A DNA stretch of 64,000 nt, taken from IMG/VR virus record IMGVR_UViG_3300028783_000001, positions 32,001-96,000 of that record; one strand, given 5' to 3'. This stretch comes from a virus. Positions 8,531 to 16,940 of the stretch are shown piece by piece; position 1 is the first letter of the stretch; every line of letters begins with the position of its first letter. Made by a program: the position numbers and the translations under genes. Below the pieces are notes generated by a model. That model had not been told where the DNA came from, searched no databases, and saw only the letters and a list, made by a program, of their open reading frames with translations.

Positions 8531-9244
8531 ATGACATACGATCTTAGTAGGATTCGGCACGTGGTCGACGCTGACAAGTTTGATGGTGGGATAGCCGTCG
8601 TCGGCTGCGGTGCAATTGGTTCCCGTGTTGCTCACCTCTTATGCGACATGGGGTTTGGGGAAAAGTTGTGCCTCTATGATCCCGATGTGGTGGAGATGCA
8701 CAACTTGGCGTCGGCCACCTACGAGCTGTCTGATATTAGAACGTCAAGCCCTTACCCGAAGGTTGCCGCGCTTCGCTATCAACTGGAGCGCAAGTGGGGT
8801 GAGCCCATACGCTACTCAAATACGATGAGGATAACGCGTCGAGGCCAGTGTGGTCATAAAACGGTATTCACCTGCCTCGATAGTATGGCCGAGCGAAAGA
8901 AGGTGATGGGAACCGCTCTATTCCTTGATGGCCACGCGAAGTGGGTCTACGACGCCCGCATCACAGCTACGACTATCTTCGCCATCGGGTATGACATAAC
9001 GGACCCCAAGCAGCACCGCCATTACATGGAGGAGTTGTATGACGACCCGGATCCAGCGCAGGACGCTCAGATGGGCGGCTGCAATCAGAAAACGAGCGTT
9101 GCCTCGACGGCAGCCATCGCGGCCTCTCTCGTCGTGCAGCTGTTCATGAACCACGTGAACAAGGTCGACGGGCCAAATGAAATCGTCGTCTCATTACGTG
9201 ATTGGACGATGGATGCGCGTTTCTATGAAAAGACGCCTGAGTAA
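8531..9244 (+). CDS. ThiF/MoeB/E1 family adenylyltransferase
   Basis: VVGCGAIGS nucleotide-binding loop, DPDVVEMHNL, KVAAL, TCLDS..ER, DAR, candidate catalytic Cys184 (GGCNQ); no CxxC zinc motifs. Confidence 0.9.
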   Translation: MTYDLSRIRHVVDADKFDGGIAVVGCGAIGSRVAHLLCDMGFGEKLCLYDPDVVEMHNLASATYELSDIRTSSPYPKVAALRYQLERKWGEPIRYSNTMRITRRGQCGHKTVFTCLDSMAERKKVMGTALFLDGHAKWVYDARITATTIFAIGYDITDPKQHRHYMEELYDDPDPAQDAQMGGCNQKTSVASTAAIAASLVVQLFMNHVNKVDGPNEIVVSLRDWTMDARFYEKTPE

Positions 9245-9264
9245 ATAAGTAATAAGAGGTCGAA

Positions 9265-10266
9265 ATGAAACAGCCAATCCCATTCAAAGTTGGACGTTTC
9301 TATGTTTACGTCCAGTATCGTGATGCAGCCATGAGGACTCCCTTCTATGTTGGTAAGGGCAAAGATCGTCGGTGGGAATATCATGAATGGCGCGCGGCAT
9401 CGACCAAACACAGATCGCATCACTTGAACATCATCCGGCAGTTCCAGCGTGAGGGACTGCCGGTCCCCAAGAGGAAGGTCAAGACTGGTCTGACTGAGCA
9501 ACAGGCTTTTGATTTGGAGGTCATGCTGATCGCTAAGTACGGGATTGAGCGTGATGGTGGTTTATTAGTGAATGAATCGTATGGTGGCGATGGTGGAACT
9601 ACCGGATATGTGCATACGCGTAAATCGAGGAAAAAGATTGGTGCTGCATCAAAAGTGAATCATGCTAATCCAGCGACGAAGGCAAAGCATGCGGCATCAT
9701 CAAGAGCTGCCCACGCACGACCAGACGTAAAGGAAAAGCATCGTGCGGCGACTAAGGCAGCTCTTGCTCGACCAGAAGTAAAGAAGCGGCATATGGCGGG
9801 TAGCAAAGCAGTTATGTCGAGTGCTAAGATGCGAATTAGGACTGGCAGGGCTTCCAGAATTTCATGGGCACGACCAGAGGTTAAAGCCAAACGTCGTGCG
9901 ACTGATGCTTTACCAGAGACAAAACGAAGACGGAGCGAGGCGTCAAGAACTGCATTAGCACAACCTGGTGCAAGGAAAAAACAGCATGATGGGTTAGTGA
10001 AATGGTGGGCACGCAGGCGCGGTAAAAATAAGGAGAGACGCGATGAGAGACCTCAAGGAATGCCTGCAGGGCAACGTCACCTTTGTGGGGTATCGCAAAG
10101 GGATTCTTATATATACAAATGCTCCAATGGCTTTCTATTTGAAGTGCCGACCAGCGAAACAGGCGACGCCACCTTTCAGGCGACGGAGCGGGCTATGCTG
10201 CTCATGAATTGGATCAAGGCCGGCATCGCCTACATCGCGAAGCAGGGCGGCGAACTAAACGGGTAG
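9265..10266 (+). mobile_element. Free-standing GIY-YIG homing endonuclease with NUMOD3-like basic repeats; the C-terminal ~50 aa probably belong to the neighbouring frameshifted gene
   Basis: FYVY...PFYVGKGKDRR, AFDLE..LI..YG, LVN..GGDG, then ~17-aa ARPEVK repeats. Confidence 0.85.
10043..10266 (+). pseudogene. Small phage gene interrupted by a 2-nt frameshift in a TA run
   Basis: AAGGAG SD + ATG 10043 gives MRDLKECLQGNVTFVGYRKGILI; removing one TA at ~10108-10115 continues YKCSNGFLFEVPTSETGDATF... Confidence 0.6.
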
Positions 10267-10275
10267 GAGGATGCT

Positions 10276-10458
10276 ATGAGAGAAGATGTAACCGATGCGA
10301 TCTCCAAGGTCGCAAGCGCCTTCGAGGACGGACTGGATGCGGCCAAGAAGGATGCGAGAGGCGATTACTCGTACTACGAAGGCCCGATGGTCGCTGCAAG
10401 ACTTAAGTTTAGGGACGCGCTCGCCGAACTGGTGGAGGCGATTCTAGGGGAGGAGTGA
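10276..10458 (+). CDS. hypothetical protein
   Basis: AGGAGG SD. Confidence 0.6.
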   Translation: MREDVTDAISKVASAFEDGLDAAKKDARGDYSYYEGPMVAARLKFRDALAELVEAILGEE

Positions 10459-10706
10459 TGGAAAACGTACGAGACGTGATACAGCCACGGGAGCTGGAAA
10501 ATGATGTGGACAGCTACTGGAAGTCAATGTCAGCACGAGACACTGATGACATGTTCTCCTTGGCTTACCAATGGCAGGATAAGCCACACCGCCACGTGTA
10601 CAACCTGATCGCCTACATTCTGTGGCTGGAAGCAAAGCTTGGTATCGGGTTGATGGAAGAGCACGACCCGACGCTCAGGAGTCCAACAGAGGATGAGCTG
10701 CAATGA
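10455..10706 (+). CDS. hypothetical phage protein (YQWQDKPHRHVYNL motif)
   Basis: Coupled ORF with SD. Confidence 0.65.
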   Translation: MMENVRDVIQPRELENDVDSYWKSMSARDTDDMFSLAYQWQDKPHRHVYNLIAYILWLEAKLGIGLMEEHDPTLRSPTEDELQ

Positions 10707-11050
10707 GCGAGATCGTAGACAGGCTGTTGGCTGCGTGCCACGGACATCCCAACGCGGAGATACCATGGCCGCACCGGCCACTACACAGGGCTCGCGAGGA
10801 GATTGAGCGGCTGGAGGGAATCAATGAGACGCATCGTCGTGCGCAGGGATACCTATACGTCGGAATTGACGGCAAGGTGGTAAAGGCGCGTGACCTGGAG
10901 GATGCGCTAATTGAAGCCCGCGCTCGGATCGCTGAACTAGAAGCCAGGCTTGTAGGCATGCAGACGGGGATTCGCTTATATTCGCGAGATAAGCTAGAGG
11001 AAATCCTGGCTTGCACTGAAAGGTGCATATCACGAGAGGCTGAGTTATGA
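10703..11050 (+). CDS. hypothetical coiled-coil phage protein
   Basis: ATGA overlap; MSEIVDRL...AREEIERL pattern. Confidence 0.65.
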   Translation: MSEIVDRLLAACHGHPNAEIPWPHRPLHRAREEIERLEGINETHRRAQGYLYVGIDGKVVKARDLEDALIEARARIAELEARLVGMQTGIRLYSRDKLEEILACTERCISREAEL

Positions 11051-11478
11051 AGATTACACCAGAGATGATTAGCGAGATGGTCCAAGTGCTTCGTCTTATA
11101 GACGAAGGATTCCTTGTGCAAAAGCCCTTTCGTGAGAGGGCGTTGGAGACGGCAAAGGAGTTGCAAAAGCTGATATCGTGGAGCGACAACGCTACGGTAA
11201 TCGACCTTGAGGATTCTCCGGTGGACCCGTTGTCCGACCCACCAACCTACGACGACGTGTATATCACCACCGAGTATCGCAAGCGAATGGCGCTGAAGGA
11301 TTTGCCATACGGCTATCGCGTCACGTGCGACGTTCATTCGGGTTGGCAGGTATGGCTAACTGGTCCTTATGATAACCAGCTAATCGGCGGTGAGCATGCG
11401 GCATTTAACAAGGGAATCCGCATCGATGTATATGGCTTTGTCATATGCGACTCGCTGAGGGAGAAGAGCGATGGGTGA
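11047..11478 (+). CDS. hypothetical protein
   Basis: ATGA overlap. Confidence 0.6.
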   Translation: MKITPEMISEMVQVLRLIDEGFLVQKPFRERALETAKELQKLISWSDNATVIDLEDSPVDPLSDPPTYDDVYITTEYRKRMALKDLPYGYRVTCDVHSGWQVWLTGPYDNQLIGGEHAAFNKGIRIDVYGFVICDSLREKSDG

Positions 11479-11633
11479 GATTGTGTTTATCAACGGCAAA
11501 CATAAGGGTCACGCATGACGGATGACCAGCTTGGTGTAATACTCTGGGCTTTGATTGTCGTGCTAGTTGCGCTTCCGTGCAAGTATGACCCGGAAATTCG
11601 CCTCAAGGAGTGGGTAACGAAAAGGAGCAAGCA

Positions 11634-11765
11634 ATGACAATTACAAAATGGGAATACACGTATTGCCATCAAGATCAATTATCGGAATATGGTAGCCGTG
11701 GGTGGGAGGGCTACTCGCGAGACTCCAACTGCATCTATCTCAAACGTCCGATCCAGGGGGCATAG
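11634..11765 (+). CDS. DUF4177-like small protein (43 aa)
   Basis: MTITKWEY...LSEYGSRGWE...YLKRP; AGGAG SD; not in the ORF track. Confidence 0.6.
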   Translation: MTITKWEYTYCHQDQLSEYGSRGWEGYSRDSNCIYLKRPIQGA

Positions 11766-12106
11766 GGCTCGACTACATCGACCTTCACGTCAAGCCCGAA
11801 GAGGCGACCGCCATTCGCAAGGCCCTGCTAACCACAGGTTGGGGTTCGGAGTTTGTAACGCACTGGCCCAATACCGGCCTGACGCAGTATCGATTAACGC
11901 GCCTGCCGCAGATGGCGCAGGCATACAATGAAGGGGCGATCAAGATGACGACCAAGACGGAAACTACGAGTGCAACAACAAAGCTGTGCAACACGGTTGA
12001 CATCGTCTCTGCGATGATAGCAGCTGGCTGGATTCATTCAAATACGACAAACGACCATGTCTCTGGTACTCAGACAACCTACTTCGTACGTGTGGTGCCG
12101 GCATGA
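11702..12106 (+). CDS. hypothetical protein(s); true start uncertain, possibly ATG 11945
   Basis: Open frame coupled to the amidinotransferase by ATGA. Confidence 0.4.
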   Translation: MGGLLARLQLHLSQTSDPGGIGLDYIDLHVKPEEATAIRKALLTTGWGSEFVTHWPNTGLTQYRLTRLPQMAQAYNEGAIKMTTKTETTSATTKLCNTVDIVSAMIAAGWIHSNTTNDHVSGTQTTYFVRVVPA

Positions 12107-12909
12107 AATTCTTGATGGTCAACCCATCATACTTCGACGTCACGTATTCGATTAACCGGTGGATGCCAGACAACATCGGTCGCGTCGACACCGTAGAATC
12201 CGTATCGCAGTGGATGAAACTGCACGACTTCATAAGCAGCCACGCCGAGGTTACGACAATCCCCGGCGAACAGGGACTACCTGACATGGTGTTCAGCGCC
12301 AACGCTGGATTCGTCTTAGACGGTCTTGCCACAGTGTCAAACTTCAAGTGCGTGGAGCGGGAACGTGAGGAGGGATTCTTCGCAAACTGGTTCAGTAACA
12401 ACGTTGACTGTGCGATGCACATGCGCGTTCCATTCGAGGGAGCCGGTGACGCCCTGTGGGATGAATACAGTCGTTTAACGTGGTGCGGATACGGGTTTCG
12501 CTCCGACGCGCTCGCACGGACAATACTAGGTACGCGATACGGAATTAATGTTGTGTCACTCGGTCTCATAGATCCACGCTTCTATCACCTCGACACCTGC
12601 CTGTGTCCGCTATCGTCTGGGCATGTAGTCTACTATCCTGGTGCCTTTGATGCGCCGTCTCTTCTAGAGATTCGTGAGCGCGTCGAACCCTCGATGAGAA
12701 TTGAAGTCTACGAGCATGAGGCTCGCAACTTCGCATGCAATGGCGTCGAGGTGGGTGGTTACTACGTTGCCCACCGGCTATCGGATAGCCTACAGCGCCG
12801 GCTGTGCGACGCGGGCTATAAACCAATCGAACTTGAGCTGGGAGAGTTTATGAAGTCTGGGGGTTCAGCGAAGTGTCTGACCCTGCGTCTTGACTACGTT
12901 AGTGCGTGA
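12103..12909 (+). CDS. Amidinotransferase / dimethylarginine dimethylaminohydrolase-like (pentein) enzyme
   Basis: YSINRWM, LPDMVFSANAG, FEGAGD, FYHLDTC, GGSAKCLTL (catalytic Cys). Confidence 0.92.
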   Translation: MKFLMVNPSYFDVTYSINRWMPDNIGRVDTVESVSQWMKLHDFISSHAEVTTIPGEQGLPDMVFSANAGFVLDGLATVSNFKCVEREREEGFFANWFSNNVDCAMHMRVPFEGAGDALWDEYSRLTWCGYGFRSDALARTILGTRYGINVVSLGLIDPRFYHLDTCLCPLSSGHVVYYPGAFDAPSLLEIRERVEPSMRIEVYEHEARNFACNGVEVGGYYVAHRLSDSLQRRLCDAGYKPIELELGEFMKSGGSAKCLTLRLDYVSA

Positions 12910-12936
12910 GTAAATAAGAAGCGAAGGGAGACCATC

Positions 12937-13233
12937 ATGAGTGATTCCGAATACCAGGTTGGTGGCGAGGTTACAATCCGAGCCACGATTCGTCAGGTCG
13001 ATAATGGTACAGATGAGCCAATCCGTATTGATCACGGGGGTTGGATTCTGGCCAAAGATATCGTCTCTTACACGCCCGCACCAAAACCGTTTAGGCACGG
13101 CGACCCAGTAATCGCCGACGGCACAGAGCACTATGAGTTCATCGAACTTCGTGACGACCTCGCCATCCTGTGGTCACCTGCGAGAAGGGTGGCACAACAG
13201 TACCACATTACGCGGATCAAGCACAAGGGTTAG
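12937..13233 (+). CDS. hypothetical protein
   Basis: GGGAG SD, downstream of TGAGTAAATA. Confidence 0.65.
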   Translation: MSDSEYQVGGEVTIRATIRQVDNGTDEPIRIDHGGWILAKDIVSYTPAPKPFRHGDPVIADGTEHYEFIELRDDLAILWSPARRVAQQYHITRIKHKG

Positions 13234-13661
13234 TGGTAATGAAACAGACTGATGATGTTCGCCACCTAATTCGTGAACTGCGCAGCGCGTCGTGGCGCAA
13301 GAAGCCATCGGGATTTACGATGCGCAGATCAGCATCCATGCTGGAGACGCTGCACGACGAGCTGAGCTTTGGAGACCGCTACGCAGGAGACTGTGACGCC
13401 GGACAGCAGGCATTCTATGAGGATCAGATAACAAACCTTGAGGAGCAGGTTGAAGGAATAAGTGTTGATAATCTCCGCTTAGAGAAGCAGCTAGAGCATC
13501 GATTGAAGGAGATTGACGACCTAAACGCGATCATCGCAGCAAACTCGAAGGTCTACAATGAGAGCCTACTTCGTCTGGAGAATAGGGTAGCAGAGCTTCA
13601 CGGCCAGTTAACCGCATCAATCGTAGCTCACATCGACACAAAACTTGGAGACTCCACATGA
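13170..13661 (+). CDS. hypothetical coiled-coil protein (start probably ~13239)
   Basis: Heptad-rich ORF. Confidence 0.6.
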   Translation: MVTCEKGGTTVPHYADQAQGLVVMKQTDDVRHLIRELRSASWRKKPSGFTMRRSASMLETLHDELSFGDRYAGDCDAGQQAFYEDQITNLEEQVEGISVDNLRLEKQLEHRLKEIDDLNAIIAANSKVYNESLLRLENRVAELHGQLTASIVAHIDTKLGDST

Positions 13662-14497
13662 CCCTATCAATCAACCACCTAACGATCATGATGAACCGCG
13701 CCGTCGACATGCTGACGGTGGAGCTGGGTGAAGGGCGGCTCGTCGTCGCCAAGGAATCGTCAGATGAAGGTTTCGATGACAAGGACGTTGGTGCAGAGGA
13801 TGCTTACCGTCCACTAGATATCGACGATGATACCTTGGTTAACTGCGGACCTATCGCCGTCGCCATCGAGGCGGTGATGGATACCATGCTAAACCTCCTG
13901 GGGACAAACTCTCACGAGAAGCGCCTCATGGTTGCCGGAACGCTACTCGCATCTGTGGCGGTAGAGGCTACTGCGCCAGTAGATGGTGGTGGCGACTTCA
14001 GGACGTCGGCCTACAATCTCGGTGAGATTGATCCAAACAACGTGTTTGATAAGTCTTGCATCCTGGGCGTCGCCGCCCTAACGGTGGGAATCGCCAAGGG
14101 CATCGGTGACCTCATGGATAACAACGAGGAGTTGGAAGACGATCTGGACGCAGAAGGCCGCTCACTAGATGATCCCGACTACGACCACCGCGGTGGGGAG
14201 CTCATCGAGGATGAGGATGAAGATGAAGATCTGCGGGCGTTTCAGGCAGCTTCGGCCGACTGGGATGCTAAGAATGAGTTGCCTCCTGGTGGACACGATG
14301 GGCTAAGCATCGACGAGTGGATCGCTCGTGGCGGCTCAGAAGAATATGAGGACGATGGTAACCAGGTTGACGACGAGATGATCTGGGATCATACTCCCGG
14401 TAAGTTCTTTGCACCGGCGGGAGCACCACGCGGCGTGCTCGCACCTGAAACCGGAGCCGAGCATACGATATCGATGGACGACATTCCAACCAAATGA
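13658..14497 (+). CDS. highly acidic hypothetical protein
   Basis: D/E-rich ORF, ATGA overlap. Confidence 0.7.
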   Translation: MTLSINHLTIMMNRAVDMLTVELGEGRLVVAKESSDEGFDDKDVGAEDAYRPLDIDDDTLVNCGPIAVAIEAVMDTMLNLLGTNSHEKRLMVAGTLLASVAVEATAPVDGGGDFRTSAYNLGEIDPNNVFDKSCILGVAALTVGIAKGIGDLMDNNEELEDDLDAEGRSLDDPDYDHRGGELIEDEDEDEDLRAFQAASADWDAKNELPPGGHDGLSIDEWIARGGSEEYEDDGNQVDDEMIWDHTPGKFFAPAGAPRGVLAPETGAEHTISMDDIPTK

Positions 14498-15003
14498 TGG
14501 AGGCCGCAATGGAGTTTGGTTATGTGCCGCGACTAAGGTTTAATAGCAGCGACCTCGTCGGTGTCAAGGTACTGAATGGTGAGGAAGACCGGCGCAAGCG
14601 TTCGTGTATTGGATTCGAGTGGACGTTGAGCTGCGTGCGTGGAGTCTTGCCTGCTGGCGCAAGACTCCAAACCTATACCGCTCCATGGCGTCGTGGTTTT
14701 AGGCCACGCAAACCGAAGCCAGTAAAGCAGGATACTCAGAAGTCGCTTAGGGCGGCTCCACTAGATAGACCTATTCGCCCAACGGTGGTTAAGCAGCGTG
14801 CCCCAACATGCGTTCGTTATGCCGTTCCAGTAGACGGTGGGTGCGTCTATGCCGAGGCGCACAAGCTGCGTAGGTTTCAGTTTAATCCTGAAACCGGACT
14901 GAGGGAGGTAGCTAAGTGGGCTCGCTCGCGCGGCTCTAAGTGGGAGGTGTCGCTGACCAAGGGCGACGACTCGAAAGAGATTCACTACAAGTATGGAGAG
15001 TGA
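14494..15003 (+). CDS. basic hypothetical protein
   Basis: Coupled ORF. Confidence 0.6.
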   Translation: MMEAAMEFGYVPRLRFNSSDLVGVKVLNGEEDRRKRSCIGFEWTLSCVRGVLPAGARLQTYTAPWRRGFRPRKPKPVKQDTQKSLRAAPLDRPIRPTVVKQRAPTCVRYAVPVDGGCVYAEAHKLRRFQFNPETGLREVAKWARSRGSKWEVSLTKGDDSKEIHYKYGE

Positions 15004-15004
15004 C

Positions 15005-15331
15005 ATGGCAAACGAGAACACGGTAAGGGTGCTAGACATCGACGTCGCCCACGACCTAGACGAAGATGAATCCGAGGTCATCGTCTTGCTGGGACGCCTC
15101 CTGGGAACAGGTACCTTCGACCACGAAAATGAAGCGGAAGATGAGCTCAGCTTCTACGACTTCGTTCCTGCTGATGGAGTCCCACTGCCAGCGGGCTACC
15201 TAACTATTAACCTCGACTCTGGGGAGATGCGCGTTGACCTACGCCGGCAGGTCAAGCTGTTTCAAGACGCCGTTGACATGCTCAAGGACCTGCCGAGGTA
15301 TGTGCCTGTGCAAAACGACAATGGAAACTGA
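15005..15331 (+). CDS. acidic hypothetical protein
   Basis: GGAG SD, ATG 15005. Confidence 0.65.
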   Translation: MANENTVRVLDIDVAHDLDEDESEVIVLLGRLLGTGTFDHENEAEDELSFYDFVPADGVPLPAGYLTINLDSGEMRVDLRRQVKLFQDAVDMLKDLPRYVPVQNDNGN

Positions 15332-15492
15332 TTGGTGAGTAAATAAGGGAGTGGCCAGCAAGACGGCCCTCCCTTTTTCTGTATCTGGAGATGGCCTTAA
15401 TGAAATTCGGTCTAATTGGCGACTTGCATTTGGGAAAGCTCGATAAGCTGATGGGCCAAGGCGTTGGCCTACGCCGGCAGGTCAAGCTGTTT
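15231..15492. repeat. 32-bp direct repeat with 1 mismatch (15231-15262 and 15461-15492), encoding LRRQVKLF in two adjacent genes
   Basis: GCGTTG(A/G)CCTACGCCGGCAGGTCAAGCTGTTT. Confidence 0.9.
15345..15378 (+). terminator. Rho-independent terminator overlapping the promoter-like motif
   Basis: AAGGGAG(T)GGCC-loop-GGCCCTCCCTTTTT. Confidence 0.65.
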
Positions 15493-16407
15493 AAGACCCA
15501 GATTGGAATGCTTCAAGCGCGAGGCATACGTCACGCCGTGTTGCTCGGTGATCTATACGACGACCCCTACCCCACGCAGGAGCTTCTGATCACCCTGCTA
15601 AAGCTGCTATCTGATAGTAGCATGAGCTTCCTTGTCTATCATGGTAATCACGATTGGGATGACGCCGAACACAACTCGCTCAAGCTTCTGCGGGAGCTAC
15701 CGTCGGCGGGAGCCCTCACAAACGTGACCTTCATATCGACTCCGCAGGTGGTTGAGTGGTGCGGCATGCGCCTGTTTGTTATGCCGTGGGCTCCTCGTTA
15801 TGCTCCCATCAAGGAGCGCGTCGACCTAGTTTTGTTTCACGGCGACTTGATTGGTGCCAAGCGTGACACGGGCATGGTGATTCCAGACGGTGAGGGAATC
15901 CCACGCTCATTCTTCCGAGGAATGCCAGCCGTGTCAGGTCACCTTCACTCTCCTCAGCGGATCGGCAATATCTACTTCCCAGGAACAGCTGCACAGCTGT
16001 CGTTTGGTGAGCGACCGGAGAAGCGTATCTGGTTTGGCGAAAAGACGAGCGCTGGTGTGCGCCTCACAAACGTCGCGTTTGAACCACCTTGGCGTTTGGA
16101 AACTGCCGTCTACAATGAGGATGATCCACCAGCCTGCGACGTTCCCGGCACGCTATACAGCCTAGACATCTCCAAGGGGCGTCCTGGTCCACGTTGGCTC
16201 GAAAGCCACCCCCTCGTGAAGAAGACGAAGGGCAGCGACCGTAAGATTCAGGCAGCGTTGACTGAGAAGGTGGCTGAGCTTACGACTGCGCCAGTTGGCG
16301 ATGCGAGCGACCGTGAACTACTGCTCAAGTGGCTTCGCCTCAATACCTCTCTTGACAAGGTTCAGCGAGCGCGTGGAGTAAAAATAGATCGGGAGCTAGG
16401 AGCATGA
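15391..16407 (+). CDS. sbcD: SbcD/Mre11-like metallophosphoesterase (recombination nuclease subunit)
   Basis: GDLHLG, LGDLYD, GNHD, FHG, SGHLH, PGT..QLSFGE motifs. Confidence 0.85.
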   Translation: MALMKFGLIGDLHLGKLDKLMGQGVGLRRQVKLFKTQIGMLQARGIRHAVLLGDLYDDPYPTQELLITLLKLLSDSSMSFLVYHGNHDWDDAEHNSLKLLRELPSAGALTNVTFISTPQVVEWCGMRLFVMPWAPRYAPIKERVDLVLFHGDLIGAKRDTGMVIPDGEGIPRSFFRGMPAVSGHLHSPQRIGNIYFPGTAAQLSFGERPEKRIWFGEKTSAGVRLTNVAFEPPWRLETAVYNEDDPPACDVPGTLYSLDISKGRPGPRWLESHPLVKKTKGSDRKIQAALTEKVAELTTAPVGDASDRELLLKWLRLNTSLDKVQRARGVKIDRELGA

Positions 16408-16940
16408 TACCTGAAATGGATAGACGTAGCCTACTGAAGCTATTCGCGATAACACCGGTAGTTGGAATCGTTCCGCTGCCTGCAGCGGTCGTGCAAGTTG
16501 CGCCTGAGACCTGCCAGGTGATGACAGGAAGCCGTAGTTTAGTTACAATCCTAACGAACAAGGGGTTCCAAGCGATGCTCAATGCGATAGGAGGTGGGCC
16601 GTCTATAGCCATTGACAGGGTTGCTTACGGAACCGAGGGTGGCTACCACCCTCGCGTAACAGACATCGACGTCGATGGTCGTATCCACTCAATAACGTCG
16701 GGCAACGTTGCCTACTCGATCATCGATGAGAACACGTTGGGTTTTCGCTGCATTCTCGATGAGACGGAAGGCGACTTCATGGTGGGCAACGTTGGCCTAT
16801 TCTCTGGAGACGCTCTACTGATCAAGTCGGTTCTACCAAAGGCGCGGTGGAAGCACGCAGCCAATCCTCCTGGCATCGTGGGAAACCGTCGCGAGTTTAA
16901 TGTGATTCTCAGTATCCCAGTCATGGGGCCAATAACATGA
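16404..16940 (+). CDS. Twin-arginine signal peptide fused to a phage tail-collar / tail-fibre N-terminal-like domain
   Basis: MDRRSLLK + hydrophobic stretch; ILTNKG...GDFMVGNVGLF pattern. Confidence 0.6.
   Translation: MIPEMDRRSLLKLFAITPVVGIVPLPAAVVQVAPETCQVMTGSRSLVTILTNKGFQAMLNAIGGGPSIAIDRVAYGTEGGYHPRVTDIDVDGRIHSITSGNVAYSIIDENTLGFRCILDETEGDFMVGNVGLFSGDALLIKSVLPKARWKHAANPPGIVGNRREFNVILSIPVMGPIT

Noticed and set aside
8531-9244. ThiF/MoeB acting in thiamine or molybdopterin synthesis
   Set aside because: No thiG, moaE or sulfur-relay genes are in the window; the neighbours are Ubl-like and E2-like, and the zinc motifs are absent.
4309-11478. JAB/DUB peptidase for the Ubl system
   Set aside because: No ExnHSHx7SxxD motif was found in nearby ORFs; one may exist outside the window.
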